Shown here piece by piece: positions 47,459 through 57,947 of a DNA stretch of 64,000 bases. Position numbers and translations under genes: made by a program. Under the pieces are notes generated by a model that had not been told where the DNA came from, made no database searches, and saw only the letters and a list, made by a program, of their open reading frames with translations. The DNA is from Patescibacteria group bacterium (lineage in GTDB: Bacteria; Patescibacteriota; Patescibacteriia; UBA1558; GWA2-36-10): assembly GCA_041662585.1 (NCBI GenBank), contig JBAZSG010000001.1, positions 66,381-130,380 on the forward strand. Reading direction: 5' to 3'. Every line of letters begins with the position of its first letter. Positions within the stretch are counted from its first letter, which is position 1.

Positions 47459-49303
47459 ATGACCAAAGTGAAAGAAAAGAAAAAAAATTTTCTCGCCCTA
47501 ATAATCTTGACTGTGGGATTGATCGCTCTGGCTTTTATTGTATTTGACTGGTTAATTACCAAAAATCCCACTCCAATCACCAATCCAGCCATTGAAACAC
47601 GAAATTGTCTTGATACTAGTGCCAAGTATTTGGATCCCAGCATTCCGATTGAAGACAGGATAACCGATTTGCTTGGCCGTATGACTGAGGCAGAAAAAAT
47701 CGGTCAATTGGGCTTGGTGGAAAAAAACAGCCTGATTAAAACACAACATATCGCTGATTACCACTTGGGTGCACTACTGAGCGGAGCAGGAGCAAAACCA
47801 AAACCAAATACGCCAGAAGCTTGGCTAAAAATGGTAGAAAATTTTGATGCCGCTACCTTAAATACCTGTCTAAAAATTCCCCTACTCTATGGCGTAGATG
47901 CCAACCATGGTCATGCCAATGTTCCAGGTGCAGTAGTTTTCCCACACGCCATTGGTCTAGGAGCAGCCAACGATACCGAACTAATCCGAAGAGTAGCACA
48001 GGCGACCAGAGAAGAGTTGCTGGCAACCGGCATTCGTTGGACTTTTGGCCCAGATCTGGATGTGACTAGAGACCTACGCTGGGGCAGAACTTATGAAACC
48101 TTTGGAAGTAATGCTCAAACAGTGACCGAACTAGGACGCGCTTATTTAAACGGCTTACAAAATCCCAATAGTGCTTGGCCAATGGTTTTGGGTACAGCCA
48201 AACACTATATCGGAACAGGTGCCATGACTTGGGGAACTTCAATTAATAGCAATTTTAAAATTGACCAAGGTGACAGTCAAATAAGCGAAGCTGAGTTGCG
48301 ATACACTCATTTACCACCATTTCAAGCGGCAATTGATGAAGGTGCCTTGAGTGTCATGGCCGGCTTAAATAAATGGCAAGGAAAAAATATGGCTACCCAA
48401 CGCTATCTATTGACCGATGTGCTAAAAAAAGAATTGGACTTTAAAGGTTTTGTAGTCTCTGATTGGTACGGCGTTTATGAAATTTCTAACAGCAAATATA
48501 AATCCCTGGTCACAGCAATAAATGCTGGGGTTGATATGATCATGTTACCGTTTGATTACCAACAATTTACCACAGACCTTCAAAAAGCTCTTCAAAACCA
48601 TGATATTAGCCAAACGCGACTAGATGATGCCGTCAGTAGAATTTTGCGAGCCAAATTTAGTTTGGGACTTTTTGATCAAAAGCCGACAAAAGTTGACCTT
48701 TCAATACTTGGCTCTTCAGTTCACCGTGAGTTGGCCAGAGAAGCTGTCCGTAAATCATTGGTAGAATTAAAAAACAAAAATAATACTTTGCCTCTAGCAA
48801 ATAATCTCCAGCGAATTGTAGTGGCTGGTTCGGCAGCTGATAATCTTGGTCAACAGATGGGTGCTTGGACTGTAGAATGGCAAGGTATCGACGGCAACTG
48901 GGTACCTGGTACTACTATTTTGTCGGGAATTAAACAGACTGTTTCAACTAATACGATAGTTGATTATAATCTCGAAGGAAAATTTACTAATACTGACGAC
49001 TTGGCTGATATAGGCATCGCCGTAGTTGGAGAAAAGCCTTACGCCGAAGGTTGGGGCGATAACCAATATCTAAAATTAAGTACCGAAGACCTAGTCAGAA
49101 TAAAAAGAGTCAAAGCTGCCAGTAAAAAATTGCTAGTAATTATTGTATCTGGTCGACCCTTGGACATTGGCACTGTAAGTAAAGATTGGGATGCAATCGT
49201 AGCTGCCTGGCTACCAGGTAGCGAAGGCTCTGGAGTAGCTGACGTGCTATTTGGTGATTATGATTTTGTCGGTCAACTGCCAGTTCCCTGGAATATAGAA
49301 TAA
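47459..49303 (+). CDS. GH3 beta-glucosidase, membrane-anchored
   Basis: DANHGH, FPHAIGLGA, RWGRTYETF, AKHY, VVSDW, AWLPGSEG. Confidence 0.92.
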   Translation: MTKVKEKKKNFLALIILTVGLIALAFIVFDWLITKNPTPITNPAIETRNCLDTSAKYLDPSIPIEDRITDLLGRMTEAEKIGQLGLVEKNSLIKTQHIADYHLGALLSGAGAKPKPNTPEAWLKMVENFDAATLNTCLKIPLLYGVDANHGHANVPGAVVFPHAIGLGAANDTELIRRVAQATREELLATGIRWTFGPDLDVTRDLRWGRTYETFGSNAQTVTELGRAYLNGLQNPNSAWPMVLGTAKHYIGTGAMTWGTSINSNFKIDQGDSQISEAELRYTHLPPFQAAIDEGALSVMAGLNKWQGKNMATQRYLLTDVLKKELDFKGFVVSDWYGVYEISNSKYKSLVTAINAGVDMIMLPFDYQQFTTDLQKALQNHDISQTRLDDAVSRILRAKFSLGLFDQKPTKVDLSILGSSVHRELAREAVRKSLVELKNKNNTLPLANNLQRIVVAGSAADNLGQQMGAWTVEWQGIDGNWVPGTTILSGIKQTVSTNTIVDYNLEGKFTNTDDLADIGIAVVGEKPYAEGWGDNQYLKLSTEDLVRIKRVKAASKKLLVIIVSGRPLDIGTVSKDWDAIVAAWLPGSEGSGVADVLFGDYDFVGQLPVPWNIE

Positions 49304-49403
49304 ATCATTTTAGTGCTTAAATTTCATTTGATTTTTATAATCAAAAACTCGGACTTAAACCCGAGTTTTTAAATGAAAAAATTAGAAAATTTAATTACTA
49401 AAA

Positions 49404-50030
49404 TCAATTTATAAATAAAAATGTGCCACTATTTTTATACTGAATATATAAACCATAAATGATTACTATTGCAACACTTATTAGTACTGCATAAAATACT
49501 TTTTTCCACAAACGCATATGAATAAAATTTAATAAACTAAAAATAAATAAAACAAATCCTGTTTGAAACATAAATTGATTAAACTCTATATACTCATAAA
49601 CTTTAGTTACTATCCCGTTAATCTCTACATGCTTATTAGTTATTAATAATGGTGTGGCACACATTACTAATCCAGAAGCAACAATAGCCGGTTTTTTATA
49701 TTTTTCTAAATGAAACTTAACGATTATTTTCTTCGTTAAGTACGATATAAAAATAGCGATAATATACCAAAATATAATATCAATAACTATATTAAGAGGA
49801 ATCACTTCTGTCTTGTATGGCTGAGTAAGATAAAACATTCCTGGCGCCCTATCTGAATTATCTTCTACAATCTTAGAAAAATCCAAAGGAAACCCTGTCA
49901 CTCTAAGGCAACCGCTTCCTATTAAAGGCGGCTGGTTACAGCTAACAACTATAGTGCCCACTGCCATCAGTAGCACGAAAGTTAAAAATAATTTTCCTAC
50001 AGTGGGTTTAAAAAAATCTTTCCAATTCAT
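49404..50030 (-). CDS. Membrane protein
   Basis: FFKPTVGK...GFPL...multiple TMs; start moved to MNWKDFF to avoid overlap. Confidence 0.65.
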   Translation of the reverse strand: MNWKDFFKPTVGKLFLTFVLLMAVGTIVVSCNQPPLIGSGCLRVTGFPLDFSKIVEDNSDRAPGMFYLTQPYKTEVIPLNIVIDIIFWYIIAIFISYLTKKIIVKFHLEKYKKPAIVASGLVMCATPLLITNKHVEINGIVTKVYEYIEFNQFMFQTGFVLFIFSLLNFIHMRLWKKVFYAVLISVAIVIIYGLYIQYKNSGTFLFIN

Positions 50031-50049
50031 ATTTTTAATATTTAATTTA

Positions 50050-50652
50050 TTATAATACAGCAAACATATTATCTACAGCATAAACTGAAAATATATAAGT
50101 CAACCACAATAACACCAAAAACACAGGAATGGCTATACTGATAATAGCAACAAAATTTTGTCTTTTTTTCATCTTTACTAAAAACACAAACAACAAAATA
50201 AATAATATAATACCTGCTGGCACATAAATTGTAGATGGTGATGATACAAGTGGTCTAGATGGTCCTCTAAGAGTAAGCCCCTCATAAAGATTATGAACAT
50301 TAGTTAAAAAATAACCCCCCAGAGCCTCATCTCCTGAAAATTGAATATCAGCACTTATTAAATCATTTGCCTTAATTGGATATTTATCATATTCATCTTT
50401 TGTTAATATAAGATCTCCGTCTTTATATATTGGCCCATTCTGATCATCGCATTCCAAACTATTTTTATCAAAATTTATTCTTACTAAGTAATAGCTAGAT
50501 TCCCTGTCAAATTTAGTCTGTTTTATCAAATCAGAGACTGACTGAACCGACCCTTTAAATGTACAAATAGGAGCTGGCATAGCTGGCACAGCAAAGCTTT
50601 TATTTGTAAAAAATAAACTTACTAATAATAAAGTTAATAATAATTTTTTCAT
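50050..50652 (-). CDS. Exported protein with C-terminal TMs
   Basis: Signal peptide (SFA), two C-terminal hydrophobic segments. Confidence 0.65.
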   Translation of the reverse strand: MKKLLLTLLLVSLFFTNKSFAVPAMPAPICTFKGSVQSVSDLIKQTKFDRESSYYLVRINFDKNSLECDDQNGPIYKDGDLILTKDEYDKYPIKANDLISADIQFSGDEALGGYFLTNVHNLYEGLTLRGPSRPLVSSPSTIYVPAGIILFILLFVFLVKMKKRQNFVAIISIAIPVFLVLLWLTYIFSVYAVDNMFAVL

Positions 50653-50771
50653 AATTTTAAGTTAAAATAGTAACTATTTAATTATATCACTTATTGCTTC
50701 AAACAAAAAACTACCCTGAGTATACTCAAATAGGTAATTTTTTACTAATAGATGCTATAAATTTAAATTTT

Positions 50772-51338
50772 TTAATATTCAAAACAATCAGGAATCATTG
50801 AAGCTGGAAAATCATAATCTTCAATAAGAGAACAAGAAATCATGCCATTGCCATCAAAAACCAATTGCCACTCACCATTTACTTTACTTGCTAAAAATAT
50901 ACCACCTTCACCAATACCATCCCGACCGAACTTAACGCCACCTCTGGCATAATTTTTGGTCTGCTGATTAACTGTCACTCTTACCTCAGCTTGATCTTTT
51001 TGATATTTTTTAACAAACAATTGTTTTATTTTATCGCTGATGTCTTCTGATTCACTTTTGGGCTGACATTCCCCACGAAAATAGCTCCATTCTTCACATT
51101 CTGAATCATCTACAAAAACACAAATACCATTTTGACTACCATCTGACGAGCTTCTAATTTCCAAGCGACCACCTTGTTGCTCACAATAAACCGAAGCTGG
51201 ATTTGCCAAACCGGCTTTATTGCTGGTATCACTATTATTTGTATTGGTTTCTTCGTTTTTATTGCTTGGGCTAGTTTGACTTAAACAGCCGGCCATTACC
51301 AAAGGAATGAAGAATAAAAGAAAAATAGTTTTTTTCAT
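50772..51338 (-). CDS. DUF333-domain lipoprotein
   Basis: VMAGC lipobox; LANPASVYCEQQGG...CEEWSYFRGEC. Confidence 0.85.
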   Translation of the reverse strand: MKKTIFLLFFIPLVMAGCLSQTSPSNKNEETNTNNSDTSNKAGLANPASVYCEQQGGRLEIRSSSDGSQNGICVFVDDSECEEWSYFRGECQPKSESEDISDKIKQLFVKKYQKDQAEVRVTVNQQTKNYARGGVKFGRDGIGEGGIFLASKVNGEWQLVFDGNGMISCSLIEDYDFPASMIPDCFEY

Positions 51339-51417
51339 ATGTTTTTATTGTTACTTACCTATATTATACTACGAAATTATAATAAAATGGTAACAATACA
51401 AGATGTAAATAAATCAA

Positions 51418-52821
51418 TTATTTTAGATGTTGCTGACGGACTTGATTATTTAATTTTTTTAAACTATTGCTTATTTTTACTGGAAATTCATATTCCTGTT
51501 TAATATCTAAATATTTTTTTGGTAATTTATTTAATTCTTTTGAAAAATAGCTTCGAAGTACTTTTATATGAGGTAGTTTTTTAATTAATTTACCTTTTAT
51601 AATATAGGGAAGTAATAATGGCTTACCAAGCTTTTTTTCTCCTTCTAGACCAATGGTATCACTCTTAATTTGGCCATTACTAAAATATTTACGATATACA
51701 TTTTTTAAACCAGGATATGATTCTTTTCCAGGTGTCAATTTGGCCATATATTTTGTTTCAAATTTAAATACTAGCTGTGAAATTTTATAAACAGTTTCTA
51801 ATTTAGGAGCATCTGCAACTGTTAAGCCTTCTGTGGCAATAATAAACACATCAGCTGGTACATTTTTATTCATCATTTCCTTAATTTTATATTCATCTAA
51901 ATTACTAGCCAAATTTATTTTAATATAATTTAATCCAGCTTTATCTAACATTCGACGAGCAATAACAGCACCCTTATATAAATCACCACTATCAATTGTA
52001 ATTGAGGTTAATCTCTTTCCGTTTTTTTCCATTTCTTTGGCCATGAGTATAGCATTTTCAATACCAGGAATTAAATCATAAGTATCAACCATAACACTTG
52101 TATTTAAAAATCTATCGCCATATTCAACTAGTTTCATCATAGCTGTCAATTCTTCATCATATGATTTGATAAAAGCATGATAACCAATAAGAGCGGTCGA
52201 TATTTCTTTGCCTGGAATATTATACTTTCTAAAAAAGGCCGGTGCCCCTATAGTAGAGCCAACAATATAACTTGATCGAGCACATTTCATAGATGACTCC
52301 CAACTATGTGCTCGCATTCCCCAAGGACCAATTAATATTTTTGGCTTGGCAGAAATAACACATCGTGCAGCTTTAGTTGAAAAAATAGTATTACTAGTTA
52401 AAATATTCATTAACATCATAGTCAAAAGATTACATTCAATAAGTGGTGCGCTGATTCGTACAACTGGTTCTTTTTGAAAAAAAATTGATCCTTCTGGCAT
52501 AGCATAAACATCACCAGAAAATTTGAAATTTTTTAAATATTTTGCAAAGGCAGGTGTCAGTAATTTATTTTTTTGAAGATATTTAATTTCGTCCTCAGTA
52601 TAGTGCCAATTAATTATGTCATTAATTATTTCCTCCAGACCAGTAAAAACTAAAAAATTACGATGAGGTGGCATTTCCCTAATTACTAGATCAAAAGTAG
52701 CCCAATATTTATTCATACCATCTTCTAACCAAATTGAACTAACACTAAAAATTTGTGGTAACTCATACAGAACTTTATCAGCTTCAGTGAATAAAAATGA
52801 TTTAGTTTTTCGTTGTTTCAT
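51418..52821 (-). CDS. pncB: Nicotinate phosphoribosyltransferase
   Basis: ATFDLVIR, VFTGLEE, YAMPEG, GMRAH, VDTYD, IDSGD, SNLDEY, VYKI, PGLKNVYR. Confidence 0.85.
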   Translation of the reverse strand: MKQRKTKSFLFTEADKVLYELPQIFSVSSIWLEDGMNKYWATFDLVIREMPPHRNFLVFTGLEEIINDIINWHYTEDEIKYLQKNKLLTPAFAKYLKNFKFSGDVYAMPEGSIFFQKEPVVRISAPLIECNLLTMMLMNILTSNTIFSTKAARCVISAKPKILIGPWGMRAHSWESSMKCARSSYIVGSTIGAPAFFRKYNIPGKEISTALIGYHAFIKSYDEELTAMMKLVEYGDRFLNTSVMVDTYDLIPGIENAILMAKEMEKNGKRLTSITIDSGDLYKGAVIARRMLDKAGLNYIKINLASNLDEYKIKEMMNKNVPADVFIIATEGLTVADAPKLETVYKISQLVFKFETKYMAKLTPGKESYPGLKNVYRKYFSNGQIKSDTIGLEGEKKLGKPLLLPYIIKGKLIKKLPHIKVLRSYFSKELNKLPKKYLDIKQEYEFPVKISNSLKKLNNQVRQQHLK

Positions 52822-52899
52822 AAGTATGATCTTAATTCAAGTTTTAATATATTTATTATATCACTTATTTTTTCAAACAAAAAATAAGCTAGAATTAGC

Positions 52900-53022
52900 T
52901 TATTTTCCAAATAATTTTAGAAATATTTCTTCTGGACCAAGATCATATCCAGAAAGTAAACCCATTGATAATAACAATAAAAATATAAAAATCAAAACCA
53001 ATATTATAGTTAATAGTTTCAT
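52900..53022 (-). CDS. 40-aa single-TM protein MKLLTIILVLIFIFLLLLSMGLLSGYDLGPEEIFLKLFGK (absent from ORF track)
   Basis: Translated by hand; starts 4 nt after the upstream stop; stop lies inside the terminator copy. Confidence 0.5.
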   Translation of the reverse strand: MKLLTIILVLIFIFLLLLSMGLLSGYDLGPEEIFLKLFGK

Positions 53023-53026
53023 ATTT

Positions 53027-54058
53027 TTAATAGCCACCAACCACACAAATTCCTCTATTTGTAGCTTCGTCTAATGGATTTTCAATAGTTTCTCCGTCTA
53101 CTATATAAACATTTGTACCTTCACCAGTTGTTAAATCTATATCAACCTCCGCTTCATAATTACCTGAGGACATATCTCTATACATCTTAACAACTGCTGT
53201 CTTTAAATCATCATCAGCCAAAGAACAGGACAAAAGACCATTGTTTGGTAAATCTTCTTCCGTTTTACATACACCATTTTCCATTGCTACCACCCTCATT
53301 TCTAATTGTTCCCCAGTTAAAGGGTGCATAAAATTACAAGAAAATCCGACATTACACTGCTCTAAATTATTGGCAAAATCAACATAACAATTGGATTGTT
53401 CTGTAATATCTAAGTCTGCAATTTCTTCACTTGAAATTTCCTCTTCTGCCTCAACATCAATTCTAGCTAAATCACCATTGGTAATTCCTAGTGATAAAAA
53501 TCTCATAATCTGATAAGCAGAGGGACCATCTGGCATATAATATCTTTTATTATTGTCTGGATTTATATACCATGCCTCACCATTTGTTTCTACTTGTAAA
53601 AGTATTTTACCTTTTAATCTATTTGCTAAATTTAAATCATAAGATAAATTACCAGCTCCTAGAGGATTATAATTTGCTTTTACTTCTGTGCCATCATCAT
53701 AGCCATCGTTGTCTGTATCACTATTATATTTATCTGTTCCCAAACCATCTTCTAATTTGTCACATAGGCCATCGTTGTCTGAATCTAAACATTCAAACCT
53801 ATCTTCAAAACCTATTGGTATTTTATTTATATCACTATTACTAACACCCAATCCCAAATCTCTCATCATCCCATAAGCAGCATCACCATCTTTCATATAC
53901 ATTCTTTGACCATCTTCTGGTTTTACATACCAAGCTTCGCCATTGGCTTCTACTTGTAAAAGAATTTTTCCTCTCAATCTTATTTCTGCTGGAGAGGCTT
54001 GAGATAATATTGGTAATACCAATATTATCAAACTAAAGGTTAATAATAATTTTTTCAT
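53027..54058 (-). CDS. Secreted protein with duplicated GKILLQVE..GEAWY module and TSP3-like Ca-binding repeats
   Basis: Signal peptide; DSDNDGLCD, DTDNDGYDDG. Confidence 0.75.
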   Translation of the reverse strand: MKKLLLTFSLIILVLPILSQASPAEIRLRGKILLQVEANGEAWYVKPEDGQRMYMKDGDAAYGMMRDLGLGVSNSDINKIPIGFEDRFECLDSDNDGLCDKLEDGLGTDKYNSDTDNDGYDDGTEVKANYNPLGAGNLSYDLNLANRLKGKILLQVETNGEAWYINPDNNKRYYMPDGPSAYQIMRFLSLGITNGDLARIDVEAEEEISSEEIADLDITEQSNCYVDFANNLEQCNVGFSCNFMHPLTGEQLEMRVVAMENGVCKTEEDLPNNGLLSCSLADDDLKTAVVKMYRDMSSGNYEAEVDIDLTTGEGTNVYIVDGETIENPLDEATNRGICVVGGY

Positions 54059-54326
54059 AATTTTATTTTAAATTTTAATATGTTTATTATACCACTTCTT
54101 TTTTCAAACAAAAAACCATTCCTTTTGAAATGATTCTTTAATGGGAATTATTTTCTAATTTTAGAATGTTGGAACTAGATATTGACAAAATGACTAATTT
54201 CTATTACTTTAATATATTCAAAAATCTAACTTTTGAATAAGTTCATTGACATCACCACCTGCCTAGAAATAGTGCAGATAAAACCACAAAGATCCGTAGT
54301 ATAGGATCAGTAAAAGGAGAAAGGCC

Positions 54327-55655
54327 ATGAAGGAAGTGTTTGTCACTGATCTAATCAACAACGGATCCCTCAATACCGAGGTCCAGTTGCAAGGTTGGAT
54401 CAAGAATCGCCGACACCACGGAAAACTCGTTTTTCTTGATGTCTGTGATTCCACTGGTATCATCCAGGTTGTCATAAACCGCGAAACAATTGATGAGGAC
54501 AGTTTCAATCTGGCAAAGAAAGCCAACCTCGAAACCTCTGTCAACATCAGGGGCACCCTGATCAACGGCAGTGGCAAGAGCCAACTCGACAGGGAGATCG
54601 TCGTACATGAGTTCAACATCATCGGAGAGGCAGAATCCATCTCGCCTGCTATCCGAGCGGATGATATTGACATCTCTAATCCTGGAAATGCTGATCACCT
54701 ACTGAAAAACCGCCACCTCTACATCCGCAATCCGCAGATCATCGCGGTCATGATTTTCAGGCACAGGATCATGCATTTCATCCGTGAGTGGTTCGTGAAG
54801 AACCGCTACATTGAAATCACAGCTCCGGTCCTGACCATGCTACCGCTCTACTCGGATGGCAGTGTCCTGCCTGTCGACATCAAAGGTGAGAAAGCCTACC
54901 TCACTCAGTGCGTGGGATTTTATTTGGAAGCTTCTGTTCATGCTCTGGAACGCGTCTACAACATGGGACCGTCTTTCAGAGGAGAAGAGAGCAGGAGTCT
55001 CCGACACCTGATGGAATACTGGCACATCAAAGGAGAGGCTGCCTTCGCCGATTTGGAAGATGCTATCCACACCGTGGAAAGCATCTTTAGTGAAACGGTG
55101 GAATTCTGCGAAAGGGAATGCCAAGATATCTTTGCTACCCTGGGCACTGAAATTCACACTGAAGGCAAGCTCATTCCATTCCCTCGCATCAGCTACCGCG
55201 AAGCCGGCGAGATGCTGAAAGCTGCCGGACTGCCTTTCGAGTTTGGTACTAGTCTTAGTACTACCGACGAGGAATTCCTGGCGGCGCAGTTCGACCGACC
55301 ATTCTGGGTTGTCGGCATTCCCCGCAAGATCGAACCATTCCCCTACGTCATTGACCCTGACGATCCTGAAATCACTAGAACAGCCGATCTCATCGCTTCC
55401 CGAGGATTCGGAGAGCTTCTCGGCGTCGCTGAGAAAATTTCCAACCTCGAAAGCCTTGACGAGAGACTCCGTGAAAAAGGCAAAGCTGGAGACGAAAACC
55501 ACGAATGGCTACGGGACATCAGAAAATACGGCTGTGTCCCGCACATTGGTTTTGGCATGGGTGTTGAACGTCTGCTCAGGTGGCTTCTAGACATCAGGCA
55601 CGTTCGTGATACTATGCCATTTCCACGAATCTTCCGTCGTAGAATTTACCCATAA
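54327..55655 (+). CDS. asnS: Asparagine--tRNA ligase-like class IIb synthetase (GC-rich)
   Basis: OB fold (GWIKNRR, FLDVCDSTG), RHLYIR, SFRGEESRSLRHLMEYWH, PHIGFGMGVERL. Confidence 0.8.
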   Translation: MKEVFVTDLINNGSLNTEVQLQGWIKNRRHHGKLVFLDVCDSTGIIQVVINRETIDEDSFNLAKKANLETSVNIRGTLINGSGKSQLDREIVVHEFNIIGEAESISPAIRADDIDISNPGNADHLLKNRHLYIRNPQIIAVMIFRHRIMHFIREWFVKNRYIEITAPVLTMLPLYSDGSVLPVDIKGEKAYLTQCVGFYLEASVHALERVYNMGPSFRGEESRSLRHLMEYWHIKGEAAFADLEDAIHTVESIFSETVEFCERECQDIFATLGTEIHTEGKLIPFPRISYREAGEMLKAAGLPFEFGTSLSTTDEEFLAAQFDRPFWVVGIPRKIEPFPYVIDPDDPEITRTADLIASRGFGELLGVAEKISNLESLDERLREKGKAGDENHEWLRDIRKYGCVPHIGFGMGVERLLRWLLDIRHVRDTMPFPRIFRRRIYP

Positions 55656-55676
55656 AAATAGAAAGAGGTAACAACC

Positions 55677-56984
55677 GTGAAAAGAATACTAATCGGCAAT
55701 CTCCAACAGATGCCTAGTGGCCAGATGGTCACCATCTGTGGCTGGTTGCATTCTCTGCGCAAGCAGAAGAATATGATCTTCGCAGTGGTCAGAGACTATA
55801 CTGGTCTTGTCCAGTTGTCCTACTTCCGCGGTGACAACCAGTTGAATATCGAGAAAGCCCTCGAACAGCTTACTGTCGAATCAGCAATCATCGTCACCGG
55901 TGAACTGCTGACCAATGAAGCGGTCAAGCTCGGTGGCAAGGAAATCAAGCCAGAGACAATCAAGATCGTCTCGCTGGCCGAATCTCCCCTGCCGCTTTCG
56001 GACAAATCGCCCTTGGACACTCGTCTGGACTGGCGTTTCCTCGACCTTCGCAAGGAGAAACAACAACTCATTATGCGAGTCCAGACTGTTGCCGAACATG
56101 CCATGCGCCTGTTCTGGCAACAAGAAGGATTCGTCGAGATACACTCTCCCAAACTGATGGGAAGCTCCAGCGAATCCGGCAGTGAACTGTTCCGTCTGCC
56201 CTACTTCGGCGGCGAAGCCTTCTTGGCCCAGTCACCTCAGTTTTTCAAGCAGATGGCTATGGCTGCCGGCCTAGAACGCGTTTTCGAGATTGGTCCGGTG
56301 TTCCGAGCCAACAAGTCCCACACTGTCCGCCATGACACGGAATTTACCAGCGTGGATGTCGAGTTCTCCTGGATCGAGTCCCATCACGAAGTGATGGAGC
56401 TCGAGGAAAGGTGGCTTTGTTTCGTCATTGCCTACATCAAGGACAAACTTGGTGAGCAGATCACCAATCTCTTCGGTGTTGAAGTGGTTGTTCCTCAACT
56501 TCCTTTCCCTAGAGTGACGATGGTCGAAGCTCAGAACATCGTCGCTCAACGAGGTCATATTTGCGAACGCAAAGATGACCTCGACCCCGAAGGCGAAAGG
56601 CAACTCAGCTCCTACATCATGGGGAAGTTCGGACACCAAATGGTGTTCGTAACTGACTACCCCACCGAAGTTAGACCTTTCTATCACATGAGGCCGACAC
56701 ACAACCCCGAACTGACCAACAGCTTCGACCTTCTGTGGAAGGGGCTCGAAGTCACCACTGGGGCTCAGCGAGAACATCGTTACGATGTCCTGCGTCAACA
56801 AGCCGTCGACAAGGGTCTCGAACTGGAACCCATCCGATTCTATCTGGACTTCTTCCGCTACGGCATGCCGCCGCACGGAGGATACGGTTTCGGTCTCACC
56901 CGTATGCTTATGGTACTCCTCGGACTATCCAATGTCCGCGAGGTCACCTACGTATATCGTGGTGTCAACAGACTGACTCCCTAA
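55677..56984 (+). CDS. aspS: Archaeal/eukaryal-type aspartate--tRNA ligase, probably non-discriminating (GC-rich)
   Basis: RLDWRFLDLR, LAQSPQFFKQ, GPVFRA, GAQREH, GMPPHGGYGFG; no GAD insertion. Confidence 0.88.
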   Translation: MKRILIGNLQQMPSGQMVTICGWLHSLRKQKNMIFAVVRDYTGLVQLSYFRGDNQLNIEKALEQLTVESAIIVTGELLTNEAVKLGGKEIKPETIKIVSLAESPLPLSDKSPLDTRLDWRFLDLRKEKQQLIMRVQTVAEHAMRLFWQQEGFVEIHSPKLMGSSSESGSELFRLPYFGGEAFLAQSPQFFKQMAMAAGLERVFEIGPVFRANKSHTVRHDTEFTSVDVEFSWIESHHEVMELEERWLCFVIAYIKDKLGEQITNLFGVEVVVPQLPFPRVTMVEAQNIVAQRGHICERKDDLDPEGERQLSSYIMGKFGHQMVFVTDYPTEVRPFYHMRPTHNPELTNSFDLLWKGLEVTTGAQREHRYDVLRQQAVDKGLELEPIRFYLDFFRYGMPPHGGYGFGLTRMLMVLLGLSNVREVTYVYRGVNRLTP

Positions 56985-57001
56985 CATAGGAGACACGACC
57001 C

Positions 57002-57045
57002 AAGAGGGGCCTAGCATCATTTGCCGGGCCCCTCTTCTTTTTTTA
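57002..57045 (+). terminator. Intrinsic terminator after aspS
   Basis: AAGAGGGGCC...GGCCCCTCTT followed by T-tract. Confidence 0.8.
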
Positions 57046-57050
57046 TAAAC

Positions 57051-57800
57051 TTATAATTCTGATATAGCGTGAAATTTATTTTCTTTTTTCAACTTATGTT
57101 TAAAGTATTTTCCATCTTTCCAATATATTTTGTATACATTAGCAAATTTCCTAGAACTAATAATTCTAAACATGCCATCAACTATTTCAATTGCGGCACA
57201 ATTTTCTGCAGCTAGAGCAAAACCAGAAATTTTTTTCATCCTTTCTTTTATATCAATTTGTCTATCCTTCTCAAAATCATAATGAGGAGAAAATAAAGCA
57301 TTGACTATACCTAAGCCCGAGACAGTTATATATGGGACTTTTTTATTAGTAAATTTTTTTGCATCACTCTGACCATATTTAAACCAACAAATAGCGCCAG
57401 CACTCAAACCAGAAAGAACTATCCCTTTACTATACGCTTCTATAAGTAGCCTATCTACTCCAAATTTTCGCCAAGTTTTCATCATCTTTAAAGTGTTGCC
57501 TCCTCCTACATATATAACGTCCGCATTGAGAATTTTATTTTTCAATTCTTTTTTTGTATATTTATTTTTTATTAAAAGCAAAGATGAAACTTTAGCTCCT
57601 AATTTTCCCCCAAAATAATTATTAATTACATCTATATACCCTTGAGCGTCTGAACTAGCAGTAGGAATAAAAAGCAAATTTGGACTCTTTTTGCCCGAGA
57701 GCTTGATAACCTCTTTATCTATTGCTAATGTCTCTATTTTATAGCCAGGTCGGCCTATTTCTCCACCACCGATAGCTATTATTTTTTTTGTCTTTTCCAT
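57051..57800 (-). CDS. Peptidase E (S51) family
   Basis: IAIGGG, FIPTAS, YVGGGNT, GLSAGAIC, SPHYD. Confidence 0.9.
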   Translation of the reverse strand: MEKTKKIIAIGGGEIGRPGYKIETLAIDKEVIKLSGKKSPNLLFIPTASSDAQGYIDVINNYFGGKLGAKVSSLLLIKNKYTKKELKNKILNADVIYVGGGNTLKMMKTWRKFGVDRLLIEAYSKGIVLSGLSAGAICWFKYGQSDAKKFTNKKVPYITVSGLGIVNALFSPHYDFEKDRQIDIKERMKKISGFALAAENCAAIEIVDGMFRIISSRKFANVYKIYWKDGKYFKHKLKKENKFHAISEL

Positions 57801-57947
57801 AAAAAAATTATAGCAAAAAATCGCTATTATTCAAATATGTAACTATAAAGCCTAAAACTTTACAAAATGTAACAATCATGATAATTATAGTAATAATTAA
57901 AAAAATTTTAATGTACCTTGAAACCTTCATCATTTAGGAGGGATACC